The notes beneath the pieces are model-generated. The model had not been told where the DNA came from. It made no database searches and worked only from the letters and a program-made list of their open reading frames with translations. Shown piece after piece: positions 36,889 through 45,232 of a DNA stretch of 49,368 bases. Positions within the stretch are counted from its first letter, which is position 1, and each line of letters starts with the position of its first letter. The DNA comes from Gloeomargaritaceae cyanobacterium C42_A2020_066 (GTDB lineage Bacteria; Cyanobacteriota; Cyanobacteriia; Gloeomargaritales; Gloeomargaritaceae), in NCBI GenBank assembly GCA_015272465.1, contig JACYLR010000167.1, forward strand, positions 1 to 49,368. Direction: 5' to 3'. The translations under genes were made by a program, and so were the position numbers.

Positions 36889-37314
36889 ATGACTTCTTTA
36901 ATCCCTAAGTCAGACCCTAGCGTTGTCGATGTCAACTTCACCGACGAAATGTTCTTGGTCACGCTGGACGACAATCGAGTACTACAGATTCCCTTGGCAT
37001 GGTACCCCCGTTTACTGCATGGATCATCCTCGGAACGCCAAAACTGGCAGCTTTTGGGAGATGGAGACGGCATTGAATGGACAGACTTAGACGAGCATAT
37101 TAGCGTGGAAGGCTTGATTGCTAAACGCCGTAGTGGCGAGAGCAATCGCTCCCTGAATCGGTGGTTAGCAAACCGCCCTGCCCATACCCCGACTGAGCAT
37201 ACTGGGAACCCGGTCGATTCCACAGCAGCCGACCAGGAGCAGCAGTTCCAGCATGTCAAGGCGGAACTTGCCTTAGAGGTTACGGACTTTCGCAAGCGGC
37301 CCATTACACCCTAG
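36889..37314 (+). CDS. DUF2442-family protein with a C-terminal extension
   Basis: VVDVNFTDEMFLVTLDDNRVLQIPLAWYPRLLHGSSSERQNWQLLGDGDGIEWTDLDEHISVEGLI matches the DUF2442 pattern. I prefer the ATG at 36889, which has GGAGG about 6 nt upstream. The gene is AT-richer than its flanks. Confidence 0.7.
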   Translation: MTSLIPKSDPSVVDVNFTDEMFLVTLDDNRVLQIPLAWYPRLLHGSSSERQNWQLLGDGDGIEWTDLDEHISVEGLIAKRRSGESNRSLNRWLANRPAHTPTEHTGNPVDSTAADQEQQFQHVKAELALEVTDFRKRPITP

Positions 37315-37344
37315 GGTTGGTGCGCCTGAGACCTATCGCCTCCC

Positions 37345-39141
37345 ATGATTGACTCTGCTGGCCCCGGACAACTCCAACCCCGCCAAGTCTTGGCCCAGTA
37401 CTGGGGTTACCACACTTTCCGCCCCCATCAGGAATCCATCATCACCGATATCCTGGCCGGCCGGGATGTTTTGGCGCTGTTACCGACCGGGGCAGGTAAA
37501 TCCCTCTGCTACCAACTGCCCGCCCTGATTCAGGGCAAAACCATTCTAGTGATTTCGCCCCTGATCGCCCTGATGGAAGATCAGGTGTTACAACTGGAAG
37601 CCTTGGGCATTCCCGCTACGTTTATTAACTCGACCCTCCGCCCGGCCGACCAGCGGCTGCGGCTCCAGCAGGCCATTGAGGGTCACTTTCGCCTACTCTA
37701 CGTAGCCCCAGAACGGGCTGTTCTGCCAGAGTTCATGGCTCAATTGCGCCGCATACCCCTGGGAGGATTCGTGGTCGATGAGGCGCATTGTGTGAGCGAA
37801 TGGGGTCACGACTTCCGCCCTGAATACCGGCAGATTGCGACCCTGCGCGCCCAGTTTTCCCAGCTTCCCCTCGCCGCCTTTACCGCCACAGCCACCGAGC
37901 GGGTTCGCCAAGACATTATCACTAACCTGGGTCTGTCTCAGCCTGCCATCCATGTGGCCAGTTTTGCCCGACCCAACCTAGCCTACGAGGTGCGGCCTAA
38001 AGCTCGACCACGGGATGCTTTCCCAGATTTGTGTGCACTGCTCCAGGAACTGGATGGGCCAGGAATTCTCTACTGCGGCACCCGCAAGCAGGTGGATGAA
38101 CTAACCGAGCAATTGAACCGCCACCGCCAGACCTGCCTGGCCTACCACGCCGGGATGACTGATGAAGAACGCCGCAGCAATCAAAGGGCTTGGCTCCAGG
38201 ACGAGGCCCGCATTATGGTTGCTACCGTTGCCTTTGGTATGGGCATCAACAAACCAGATGTCCGCTGGGTAATCCACTGGACAATTCCCAAAAACCTAGA
38301 AGCCTATTACCAAGAGTCAGGTCGGGCCGGCCGGGACGGCGATCCGGCACGTTGCATTCTATACTACTCGACATCCGACCTAGCTCTGCTGCGCCGCTTC
38401 ATGGCTGATAAACCCGAAGACCAGCAGGCCATTGCCAAGCGCCAACTCAATCACATGGTCTATTACACCCAAAGCCATGAGTGTCGGCGGGTCTTACAGT
38501 TAGCCTATTTTGGGGAACAGGGGGTACCTTGTGGGCTTTGTGACAATTGCCTACACCCACCCAGGCTAGAGGACTGGACGATTGAGGCACAGAAGTTTCT
38601 CTCCTGTGTGTATCGCACGGGTCAGGCATGGGGTGCCCGACATGTGATTAACGTTCTGGTCGGTCATCTCACACAGCCAATCACAAACTTGGGTCACGAC
38701 CGTCTATCTACCTGGGGCATAGGTCGGGACAAAACTGTTGAGCAGTGGAAAGCTCTGGCAGGTCATTTGGTTGGTCTGGGGATGCTCGACATGGACATCC
38801 CGATTCCCAAGTTGCGGCTGTGCGAGGGGTCTTGGCCAGTGCTGCGCGGACAACGGCAGGTGATGTTAGCCATGTCTGCTCGAACTGGGAGTCGTCGGAC
38901 ACAAGCCCCTCAGACCGCAGTCGATCCAGAACTCTGGCAGCGGTTGAGAACCTGGCGTAAACAGGTTGCTACAGACCAGGGTGTCCCTCCCTACGCCATT
39001 TTCCCCGACGCCACACTCCGGGCCATTGTCAACCGCCGGCCCCGCACGCTTGCCGATTTGGGGCAGATCACCGGAGTCGGGCGGTATAAATTAACCCGGT
39101 ATGGTTCAGGCTTACTCGCAGAGATCAATCGCCAGGCTTAG
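37345..39141 (+). CDS. recQ: ATP-dependent DNA helicase RecQ
   Basis: The N-terminus reads FRPHQESII...LLPTGAGKSLCYQLPAL. It has a DEAH box (VVDEAHCVSEWGHDFRPEY), a Zn-binding Cys cluster (C..C..C.NC) and a C-terminal HRDC-like part (LRTWRKQVATDQGVPPYAIFPDATL). Confidence 0.9.
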   Translation: MIDSAGPGQLQPRQVLAQYWGYHTFRPHQESIITDILAGRDVLALLPTGAGKSLCYQLPALIQGKTILVISPLIALMEDQVLQLEALGIPATFINSTLRPADQRLRLQQAIEGHFRLLYVAPERAVLPEFMAQLRRIPLGGFVVDEAHCVSEWGHDFRPEYRQIATLRAQFSQLPLAAFTATATERVRQDIITNLGLSQPAIHVASFARPNLAYEVRPKARPRDAFPDLCALLQELDGPGILYCGTRKQVDELTEQLNRHRQTCLAYHAGMTDEERRSNQRAWLQDEARIMVATVAFGMGINKPDVRWVIHWTIPKNLEAYYQESGRAGRDGDPARCILYYSTSDLALLRRFMADKPEDQQAIAKRQLNHMVYYTQSHECRRVLQLAYFGEQGVPCGLCDNCLHPPRLEDWTIEAQKFLSCVYRTGQAWGARHVINVLVGHLTQPITNLGHDRLSTWGIGRDKTVEQWKALAGHLVGLGMLDMDIPIPKLRLCEGSWPVLRGQRQVMLAMSARTGSRRTQAPQTAVDPELWQRLRTWRKQVATDQGVPPYAIFPDATLRAIVNRRPRTLADLGQITGVGRYKLTRYGSGLLAEINRQA

Positions 39142-39189
39142 CTAGGAGATCGGGAAGACTCTTGTCCGCTACGGACGACCCTCTAACCA

Positions 39190-40245
39190 CTAAAGCAGAG
39201 ATGCCAAGTCCGGCCTCGTTCGCACCTCAGCTAGGAGCTTCTTGATGTCTTGTACCCGATCCTTCGCCACCACCAGCGTCACGGCTCCATCCCGGACAAT
39301 CACCAGGTTTTCTACGCCTAGGGTAGCGATCACCTCCTGCGGATCACTGGCATAAACAATCGCACCATTTGTGTCTAGCGCTACGTGGCAGCCGTGGGCC
39401 ACATTCACCGCGCCCGGTGGGGCTAGTCGCTCTAGGGCCGTCCAGTCTCCCAGGTCATCCCAGGGGAAAGTGGCAGGCAGCACGTAGGCCCGTTGGGTTT
39501 TTTCCATCACGGCGTAATCAAAGCTAATTTTGGGAAGCGCGGCATACCCGGTCACGCCCTCGCGCAGCAGCGGCTCAATCACAGTCGGTGCATGGTGTTG
39601 CAACTCCTCCAGCACTGCCCCCACCGGGAAGATAAACATGCCACTGTTCCAGCTATAGCAACCACTCGCCACAAAAGCTTCGGCGGTAGCTCGGTCAGGT
39701 TTTTCGGTGAAGCGGGCTACTCGATAGGCCATCAGGCCCCTCACCGAACCCCAGGGTTCCCCCCGTTCGATGTAGCCATAGCCTGTGGCTGGGTAGGCAG
39801 GCTGAATGCCTAGGGTGACAATACCCTGAGTTTGCTGGGCTGCCTCGGCTGCGGCCGCCAGGGTCTGATGCAGGGCACTATCATCCCCAATCCAGGGATC
39901 GGCAGGGAAAATACCGATCACGGCGTCTGATCCATAGCGCTGCTGCACGGCCCAAGCTGCCCAGGCCACGGCCGGCCCTGTATCCCGCCCCTGGGGTTCC
40001 AACAGCAGGTTTTCCCGGTGCAGGTTGGGAAGTTGGGCTTGAACCGCATCGCCCTGGGCTGTGATCACCCAGAGATGATCCCATCCCCCTGCCAAGGGCA
40101 AGAGCCGGCCGGCCGTGCGCTGCAACAGACTCTCGCCGCTGTCATCTAAGCAGAGGAACTGTTTGGGGCGACCCTGGCGACTGAGGGGCCAGAACCGCTC
40201 GCCCTTGCCACCAGCCAAGATCACCGGAATCAGCGCTGGGGTCAT
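39190..40245 (-). CDS. manC: Mannose-1-phosphate guanylyltransferase (nucleotidyltransferase domain only)
   Basis: The N-terminal sequence IPVILAGGKGERFWPLSRQGRPKQFL is the sugar-nucleotidyltransferase signature. At 351 aa there is no C-terminal cupin/isomerase domain. Confidence 0.8.
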   Translation of the reverse strand: MTPALIPVILAGGKGERFWPLSRQGRPKQFLCLDDSGESLLQRTAGRLLPLAGGWDHLWVITAQGDAVQAQLPNLHRENLLLEPQGRDTGPAVAWAAWAVQQRYGSDAVIGIFPADPWIGDDSALHQTLAAAAEAAQQTQGIVTLGIQPAYPATGYGYIERGEPWGSVRGLMAYRVARFTEKPDRATAEAFVASGCYSWNSGMFIFPVGAVLEELQHHAPTVIEPLLREGVTGYAALPKISFDYAVMEKTQRAYVLPATFPWDDLGDWTALERLAPPGAVNVAHGCHVALDTNGAIVYASDPQEVIATLGVENLVIVRDGAVTLVVAKDRVQDIKKLLAEVRTRPDLASLL

Positions 40246-40308
40246 GCGATACCCTCATTTGCCCGCGCCATCATCCCATGTTTGGGGGAGACCGGGATGA
40301 ACCCCAGG

Positions 40309-41871
40309 TTACTCCTTGGCAAAGCCACTGTAGGCTTCCATCCCATGTTCACCCAAGTCCAAGCCCCGGAGTTCTTCCTCAGGAGGAACTCGCAGACCCA
40401 CAAAGGGAATCGCCCGGATAATACCCCAGGCAATGGCACTGAAAACCAACATGTAAACGCCCACCGCTAAGACGCCGATAAACTGGGCGGTTAGTTGGGT
40501 GGCATCTCCAGACAGCAGAAACCCCTTCCCCAACTCAACACTTTCGAGCCAGGCGTATCCGCCCTTGCCTACACTAAACAACCCCAAGGAGAGCGTCCCC
40601 CACACCCCATTCACCAGGTGTACTGAGACAGCCCCCACCGGGTCATCGATCCGCATATTGTCGATAAAGCTGACCGAGAAGACAACAATGATGCCCCCAA
40701 TAAAGCCAATGATCACGGCACTGGTGAAACTGACGTAATCACAGGGGCAGGTAATTGCCACAAGACCTGCCAGAATGCCGTTGATGATCATCGACAGGTC
40801 AGGTTTACCAAAGTACAGCCAAGAGGTCAGTGTCGCCCCAATCCCCCCCATCGCCGCAGCAATGTTCGTGGTCAGGGTGACATGGGCGATCTGAGTCGGA
40901 TCAGCGGCCATGGTGGAGCCAGGGTTAAAGCCAAACCATCCTAGCCAGAGGATGAAGCACCCCAAAGTAGAAATGGCCAGGTTGTGCCCCGGCATGGCAA
41001 TACTCTTGCCGTACTGATAGCGCCCTAGTCTCGGCCCCAGCACCATCGCCCCCACCAGCGCCGCCCAACCCCCGACGGAATGAACGACGGTTGAACCTGC
41101 AAAATCCAGGAAACCAATCTGCGCCAGCCAGCCCCCACCCCAGATCCAGTGGCCTGCGACTGGGTAAGCGACCGCCACCAAGAGCAAGCTGAACACGAAA
41201 AAGGCGCCGAATTTGATCCGCTCGGCTACAGCACCAGACACAATCGTGGCCGCAGTACCGGCGAACACCAGTTGGAAAAAGAACTTAACCATCAGGGGTA
41301 CTCCCGCCCAACTCAGGGAGGAGAAGACACCCTCATAGGCATCGCCGACGGCAGGACTGTTGTCCTGGGCCTCATGGACGAACCAACCACTCTGGCCAAA
41401 GAAGGGGGTGCCATCGCCAAACATGATCCCGAAGCCCACAATCCAAAAGGACATGGTGGAGAGGGCAAAGACAATCAGGTTTTTGGCCAGCAGGTTCACG
41501 GCATTTTTCTGGCGGCAGAACCCGGTTTCCAACATACAAAAACCGGCATTCATGAAGAAGACCAGTGCCCCTGTGTACAACACCCAAATGGTGTCGGCTG
41601 TAACCTTGGCCGTGACCCGATCCTGCTCGACTTGGGCTTGGAGGCTTTCCAGGGTCAGGGGAACCTCAGGTGCCTCAGCTTCCGCTGGAGCAGGCGGTTC
41701 CGATTGGGCTTCAGCAGCCGGCGCCGGGGTGGGTTGGGGAGTCTGAGCCGGGGTGGGACTGAGGGTACCCACGCCCCAAACGACCAAAACCGCCATCAGA
41801 GTCACGAGGGCAAGACGCCAGGGGGCAGCCAATCGGCCCAGTACAGGTTTAGAACGCTTGAGGGTAGGCAT
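40309..41871 (-). CDS. amt1: Ammonium transporter (Amt family) with a long N-terminal signal/Pro-Ala-rich leader
   Basis: ALVFFMNAGFCMLETGFCRQKNAVNLLAKN, DFAGSTVVHSVGGWAALVGA and VHLVNGVWGTL are Amt signatures. Confidence 0.9.
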   Translation of the reverse strand: MPTLKRSKPVLGRLAAPWRLALVTLMAVLVVWGVGTLSPTPAQTPQPTPAPAAEAQSEPPAPAEAEAPEVPLTLESLQAQVEQDRVTAKVTADTIWVLYTGALVFFMNAGFCMLETGFCRQKNAVNLLAKNLIVFALSTMSFWIVGFGIMFGDGTPFFGQSGWFVHEAQDNSPAVGDAYEGVFSSLSWAGVPLMVKFFFQLVFAGTAATIVSGAVAERIKFGAFFVFSLLLVAVAYPVAGHWIWGGGWLAQIGFLDFAGSTVVHSVGGWAALVGAMVLGPRLGRYQYGKSIAMPGHNLAISTLGCFILWLGWFGFNPGSTMAADPTQIAHVTLTTNIAAAMGGIGATLTSWLYFGKPDLSMIINGILAGLVAITCPCDYVSFTSAVIIGFIGGIIVVFSVSFIDNMRIDDPVGAVSVHLVNGVWGTLSLGLFSVGKGGYAWLESVELGKGFLLSGDATQLTAQFIGVLAVGVYMLVFSAIAWGIIRAIPFVGLRVPPEEELRGLDLGEHGMEAYSGFAKE

Positions 41872-42009
41872 AGGGTGCAGGTGGGGCGCTAGCGGCCGGC
41901 CGGGGATACAGGTGCAGCGGTATCAGGTCAAGGACGGGTGCCTGGGATCACAGACAACGCCTCATTCTGAACTACCGCCCATCTTCTGGGAATTGTAAAG
42001 GGCCAGGAT

Positions 42010-42023
42010 GTATCTGAAGTTAC
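42010..42023 (-). promoter_or_regulatory. Candidate NtcA-type box GTA-N8-TAC upstream of amt1
   Basis: GTATCTGAAGTTAC was read directly, 139-152 nt upstream of the amt1 ATG and just after the cobW stop. A TACAAT hexamer (minus strand, 41997-41992) follows after only 12 nt rather than the canonical 22 nt or so, so the promoter geometry is not textbook. Confidence 0.4.
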
Positions 42024-42025
42024 GG

Positions 42026-43081
42026 CTAGGCCACCGGAGTCCCCGCCACCGCCTGCAAACCCTGGGTGATCCGAGCCGCATCCAACTGGCGACCAATGAA
42101 AACCAAGCGGGTTTGACGGGATTCTTGGGGATGCCAGGGCCGATCGAAGTGGGTGGTGAGTCGCTGGCCCACCCCCTGCACCACCAGACGTAGAGGCTTG
42201 TGGGGCACTGCCACAAAGCCCTTGACTCGCAGGATATCCCAGGCTTCCAGGATTTGGCGCAGGGCTGTGGTCAAGCCTGGCAGCTCAAAAGCCTGATCCA
42301 ACACCACCGGGACTGCCATGATTTGGTCATCGTGGTCGTGATCTTCCTCTTCGTCGTGGTGGCTCGGCCGGCCGGCCAGGTTCGCCTCCACCGCAGCATT
42401 GAAGCCGATCAGCACGTCGGGCACCACCTGGCCTTGGATCGCCGCGATCAACCGCACGCCGGGCCGCAGTTGGCTGGCTAGCCAGGCTTCAACTCGCTGG
42501 CGCGCCGCCGCATCCACCAGATCTGTCTTGGTGAGGACAACCAGATCGGCACAGGCCAGTTGGTCTTCAAACAGTTCTTCCAGGGGTGTCTCGTGATCCA
42601 AATTGGGATCGGCCTGCTGCTGACGTTCGAGGGCTGCCCTATCGGCCACCGGACTGCCCTCGGCCAAGGCGGCACAATCCACCACGGTGACGACCCCGTC
42701 TACACTGGCCGCATGGCCCACGGCCGGCCACTGAAAGGCTTGGATCAGGGGTTTGGGCAGGGCGAGGCCGGAGGTTTCGATGACGATGCCATCCAGGCGA
42801 TCCCGATAGGCGAGCAGGCTTTCCATCGCCGGCAGAAACTCTTCCTGGACGGTGCAACAGAGGCAGCCATTGGTCAACTCAATCACCCGGCCGGCCGCCG
42901 TCTCCTCCTCGTCACACACCTGGCAATCCCGGAGCAAGTCGCCATCAATGCCCACCTCACCAAACTCATTGACCAGCACGGCCAGGCGTCGGCCACCATT
43001 GTTGACCAGCAGATGGCGAATCAGGGTGGTTTTACCGGCCCCCAAGAACCCGGTGAGGACAGTCACAGGTAATTTATGCAT
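42026..43081 (-). CDS. cobW: CobW/COG0523-family G3E GTPase metallochaperone
   Basis: It has the P-loop VLTGFLGAGKTTLIRHLL, a CxCC motif (GCLCCTV) and a His/acidic stretch HHDEEEDHDHDD. I prefer the ATG at 43081, 4 nt after the hupE stop. The track TTG start at 43111 would overlap hupE. Confidence 0.85.
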   Translation of the reverse strand: MHKLPVTVLTGFLGAGKTTLIRHLLVNNGGRRLAVLVNEFGEVGIDGDLLRDCQVCDEEETAAGRVIELTNGCLCCTVQEEFLPAMESLLAYRDRLDGIVIETSGLALPKPLIQAFQWPAVGHAASVDGVVTVVDCAALAEGSPVADRAALERQQQADPNLDHETPLEELFEDQLACADLVVLTKTDLVDAAARQRVEAWLASQLRPGVRLIAAIQGQVVPDVLIGFNAAVEANLAGRPSHHDEEEDHDHDDQIMAVPVVLDQAFELPGLTTALRQILEAWDILRVKGFVAVPHKPLRLVVQGVGQRLTTHFDRPWHPQESRQTRLVFIGRQLDAARITQGLQAVAGTPVA

Positions 43082-43085
43082 AGAT

Positions 43086-43712
43086 TCAGGCCCCGAAGAC
43101 GCCACTGACAAAAACCAGGCCCGCGCCGACTAGCAGCCACCCCAGGTTCCGCCGCCACCCCGGCCGGCCGAGGGCCACAAACAGGCTGTAGACGCCCACG
43201 CTAAGGGCCAGTTGGGTCAGGGTAAACCCCGCCAGGTAGGCCCCCAAGGGTGCGGGTTCAGCCCCAATAATGGACTCGCCGTAGGCATAGCCGTGACCCA
43301 CCCCCGCCAACAGCACCAAGGCCAACAGCAGAGCCGGCCGGCCGTGGGTCTCCCAGGCCAACACCAGCCCGGCCAGCACCACCGAGGCCGTCACCAACAG
43401 TTCACTGCCAGGAAAGTCATAACCGCCCAAGTGAATCCCTGTGCCCAAGGCCGCACTCACCCCAAACCCCAGGATCAGCAGCACCGCCCAGGGACGCGCC
43501 ACCAGGGTTGCCAGCAGGCCAACCCCTACCACAAAGGCCAGGTGATCTAAACCAATCACCGGGTGGGCGAGGCCAGAGAGCAGCCCCTCCCAACCCGTGG
43601 CCGGTAATCGTCCCCCCAAGCCGTGGTGGGCCAAGGCAGGTTCCGCCCCGACCCCGGCCAAAACAGCCCCAGCCCCGATTAATCCCCAACCCCGCTGTTG
43701 CTTGATTGCCAT
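43086..43712 (-). CDS. hupE: HupE/UreJ-family metal (Ni/Co) transporter
   Basis: The signal peptide ends ...EPALAHHGLGG, the processed N-terminal His motif typical of HupE/UreJ. Six hydrophobic segments rich in G/A/L follow. The ATG at 43712 has GGAGA about 7 nt upstream. Confidence 0.8.
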   Translation of the reverse strand: MAIKQQRGWGLIGAGAVLAGVGAEPALAHHGLGGRLPATGWEGLLSGLAHPVIGLDHLAFVVGVGLLATLVARPWAVLLILGFGVSAALGTGIHLGGYDFPGSELLVTASVVLAGLVLAWETHGRPALLLALVLLAGVGHGYAYGESIIGAEPAPLGAYLAGFTLTQLALSVGVYSLFVALGRPGWRRNLGWLLVGAGLVFVSGVFGA

Positions 43713-43800
43713 GCTCATTCTCCACACAGTGCTCATTAGGTATTCTGCCGACGAACCAGGGTTTACCAGACGCCGGCCCTGTAGTTACAATCGAAGATCT

Positions 43801-43872
43801 GGGTGACTGGCGCAACGGCAGCGCATCGGACTCTTAATCCGCTGGTTCTGGGTTCGAATCCCAGGTCACCCA
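43801..43872 (+). tRNA. tRNA-Lys (anticodon CUU)
   Basis: Hand-folded cloverleaf. The acceptor stem GGGTGAC/GTCACCC is perfect. The D arm is GCGC-AACGGCA-GCGC. The anticodon arm is TCGGA-CTCTTAA-TCCGC, with one 27:43 mismatch. The variable loop is TGGTT, the T arm is CTGGG-TTCGAAT-CCCAG, and the discriminator is A. CCA is not encoded. Confidence 0.9.
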
Positions 43873-44261
43873 TACACGGTCACAGGTGGAATCTTCGCCA
43901 GCAGGGTTTTACGCAGGGGTGCGGGCCGCTCCGCCCAGGACAGGCTGCCATCCGGCCGGCCGTGGTAAAGGGCCGCGCAGTCTAACAGCGCCGTCACCGC
44001 CTCAGCCGCCGCGACGCCCCCACCGGGGAGTTGGCCAAACAAGTAGCTGGGTTTACCCGGCGCTGCCAGGCAGACGGAGCACGCCTGACTACAGACATTC
44101 ATGCAGGCCACGGGCTGGAGTCGCACCGCTGAGCCAAGGGGCCAGTCCTGCACCGCAGCTTCCAGAGAGGCTAGCAACCGCTCACCACCGCTGGTGCCTA
44201 CCCGCTGGCTACCCTGCCAGGTACTGGCACAGGTGGTACAGACAAAGAGACAGTGGCTCAT
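43866..44261 (-). CDS. DUF1636-family predicted metal-binding (thioredoxin-like ferredoxin fold) protein
   Basis: MSHCLFVCTTCAS...ACMNVCSQACSV is a Cys pattern typical of DUF1636 proteins, which are found next to cobW in B12/cobalt clusters. I prefer the ATG at 44261. The last 7 nt overlap the 3' end of the convergent tRNA-Lys. Confidence 0.7.
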   Translation of the reverse strand: MSHCLFVCTTCASTWQGSQRVGTSGGERLLASLEAAVQDWPLGSAVRLQPVACMNVCSQACSVCLAAPGKPSYLFGQLPGGGVAAAEAVTALLDCAALYHGRPDGSLSWAERPAPLRKTLLAKIPPVTVYG

Positions 44262-44318
44262 GGCTGGGAACCTTCCCAGGTGGACACCCACCGTCGATGC
44301 CCTATCGCCACCCCAATT

Positions 44319-44348
44319 CCAAAAAGCCTGTCAGCCGGCCGCAACAGG
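44319..44348 (-). terminator. Putative riboswitch expression-platform terminator
   Basis: The minus strand reads CCUGUUG-CGGCCGGC-UGACAGG followed by CUUUUUGG. This is about a 7-bp stem including two G-U pairs, located 58 nt upstream of the DUF1636 start codon. Confidence 0.5.
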
Positions 44349-44394
44349 ACGGCCTCATAACTTCGCAACGAATCCATCTGTGCCTCGCAGATGT

Positions 44395-44535
44395 CACCTA
44401 GGGAACCGAGGGGCGGGCATTCTGACTCCAGGGCCAACACCCTGTCACAGCTGCGGGACAGCGCCGGACTTGCACCGGACTTTCCCCCTTACCTCCTGCG
44501 GCTGTTCCCCGCAGGAACCCACTCAATGTAGGGCA
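44395..44535 (-). promoter_or_regulatory. Cobalamin (B12) riboswitch aptamer; boundaries approximate
   Basis: The minus strand reads GGGUUCCUGCGGGGAACAGCCGCAGGAGGUAAGGGGGAAAGUCCGGUGCAAGUCCGGCGCUGUCCCGCAGCUGUGACAGGG...CCCUGGAGUCAGAAUGCCCGCC. This matches the conserved core (AGGGAA..CGGUG.AA.UCCG.GCUG.CCCGCA.CUGU.A) and carries a B12-box-like AGUCAG.A..CC.GCC. Confidence 0.8.
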
Positions 44536-44834
44536 GCATAACACCACCGGCCGGCCGGTGGGTCCATTGATGCGCTGGGAGGTGATTCCCGCTGCGGGGT
44601 ACTACGAGTGGTAAAGCCTGGGCAAGGGGAAGCCACCTCTCTGCATCCCTATCCAGGACACAAGCTGTTTGCACTGCTCACCAACTAGGCCCGCCTCGGC
44701 ATTGGTATACCTAGCTCACCAAGAACCTATTCTGGTCAAGGCTTACACACTGTATGCGGCCTCTAGTGCTGCAAACAGGGACGTGGTGCTTCAAAACTAT
44801 CGATGCCAGATAGAGAATCGCTACCATTAGAGTG

Positions 44835-45188
44835 ATGACATTGAAGGTGCTTATGCCATTGGCAATTGTGGCTGAATCTGCTCCTCTGCAAGCCAATCAA
44901 GACGGCGTGGTTCTTGTTGGGAAAACCCGTGTCACGTTGGATACTGTAGTGTATGTGTTTAATCAGGGTGCGACAGCAGAGGAAATCGTTTATCGGTATC
45001 CATCACTAAACCTGGCTGACATTTACGCCACAATTGCCTTCTATCTCAAACATCAATCGGAAGTAGAAGCTTATCTGCAACAGCGACAGCAGCAATCGCA
45101 AGAGATTCGTGCAATGAACCAAGCAAGGTTTGACCCGCAGAACTTGCGAGATCGCCTGCTTACCCGTAAAGCAGAACAGGAAGCATGA
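44835..45188 (+). CDS. DUF433-family protein (antitoxin-like, HTH)
   Basis: VLVGKTRVTLDTVVYVFNQGATAEEIVYRYPSLNLADIYATIAFYL matches the DUF433 pattern (G.TR..v..v......G.s.eEI...YP.L...dI.aal.Y). It lies in an AT-rich islet. The start is ambiguous among 44832 (GTG), 44835 and 44853 (ATG). Confidence 0.75.
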   Translation: MTLKVLMPLAIVAESAPLQANQDGVVLVGKTRVTLDTVVYVFNQGATAEEIVYRYPSLNLADIYATIAFYLKHQSEVEAYLQQRQQQSQEIRAMNQARFDPQNLRDRLLTRKAEQEA

Positions 45189-45232
45189 TAAGGCTTCTGG
45201 TTGATGAGAACTTCGATAACACAATCCGGTAG
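45185..45232 (+). pseudogene. Truncated remnant of a DUF5615 (PIN/Mut7-C-like) toxin gene
   Basis: The ATG overlaps the DUF433 stop as ATGA, the classic TA coupling. The reading frame encodes MIRLLVDENFDNTIR and then TAG. M.R.L.DENl is the characteristic DUF5615 N-terminus. No continuation is recognisable in any frame. Confidence 0.55.

Noticed and set aside
39142-39189. A possible bidirectional terminator between the convergent recQ and manC genes (GTCCG-CTA-CGGAC).
   Set aside because: It has only a 5-bp stem with a 3-nt loop and no flanking T/A tracts, so it is too weak to annotate.
43713-43800. A separate riboswitch immediately upstream of hupE, as reported for cyanobacterial hupE genes.
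   Set aside because: Only 88 nt separate hupE from the tRNA-Lys gene. That is too short for a cobalamin aptamer, and no core motifs are present. The only riboswitch is the one upstream of DUF1636.
44711-44896. A 61-aa minus-strand ORF overlapping the DUF433 start, and a 78-aa minus-strand ORF at 45006-45242.
   Set aside because: No recognisable motifs. They overlap the better-supported DUF433 gene on the opposite strand in an AT-rich patch where random ORFs are short and frequent.
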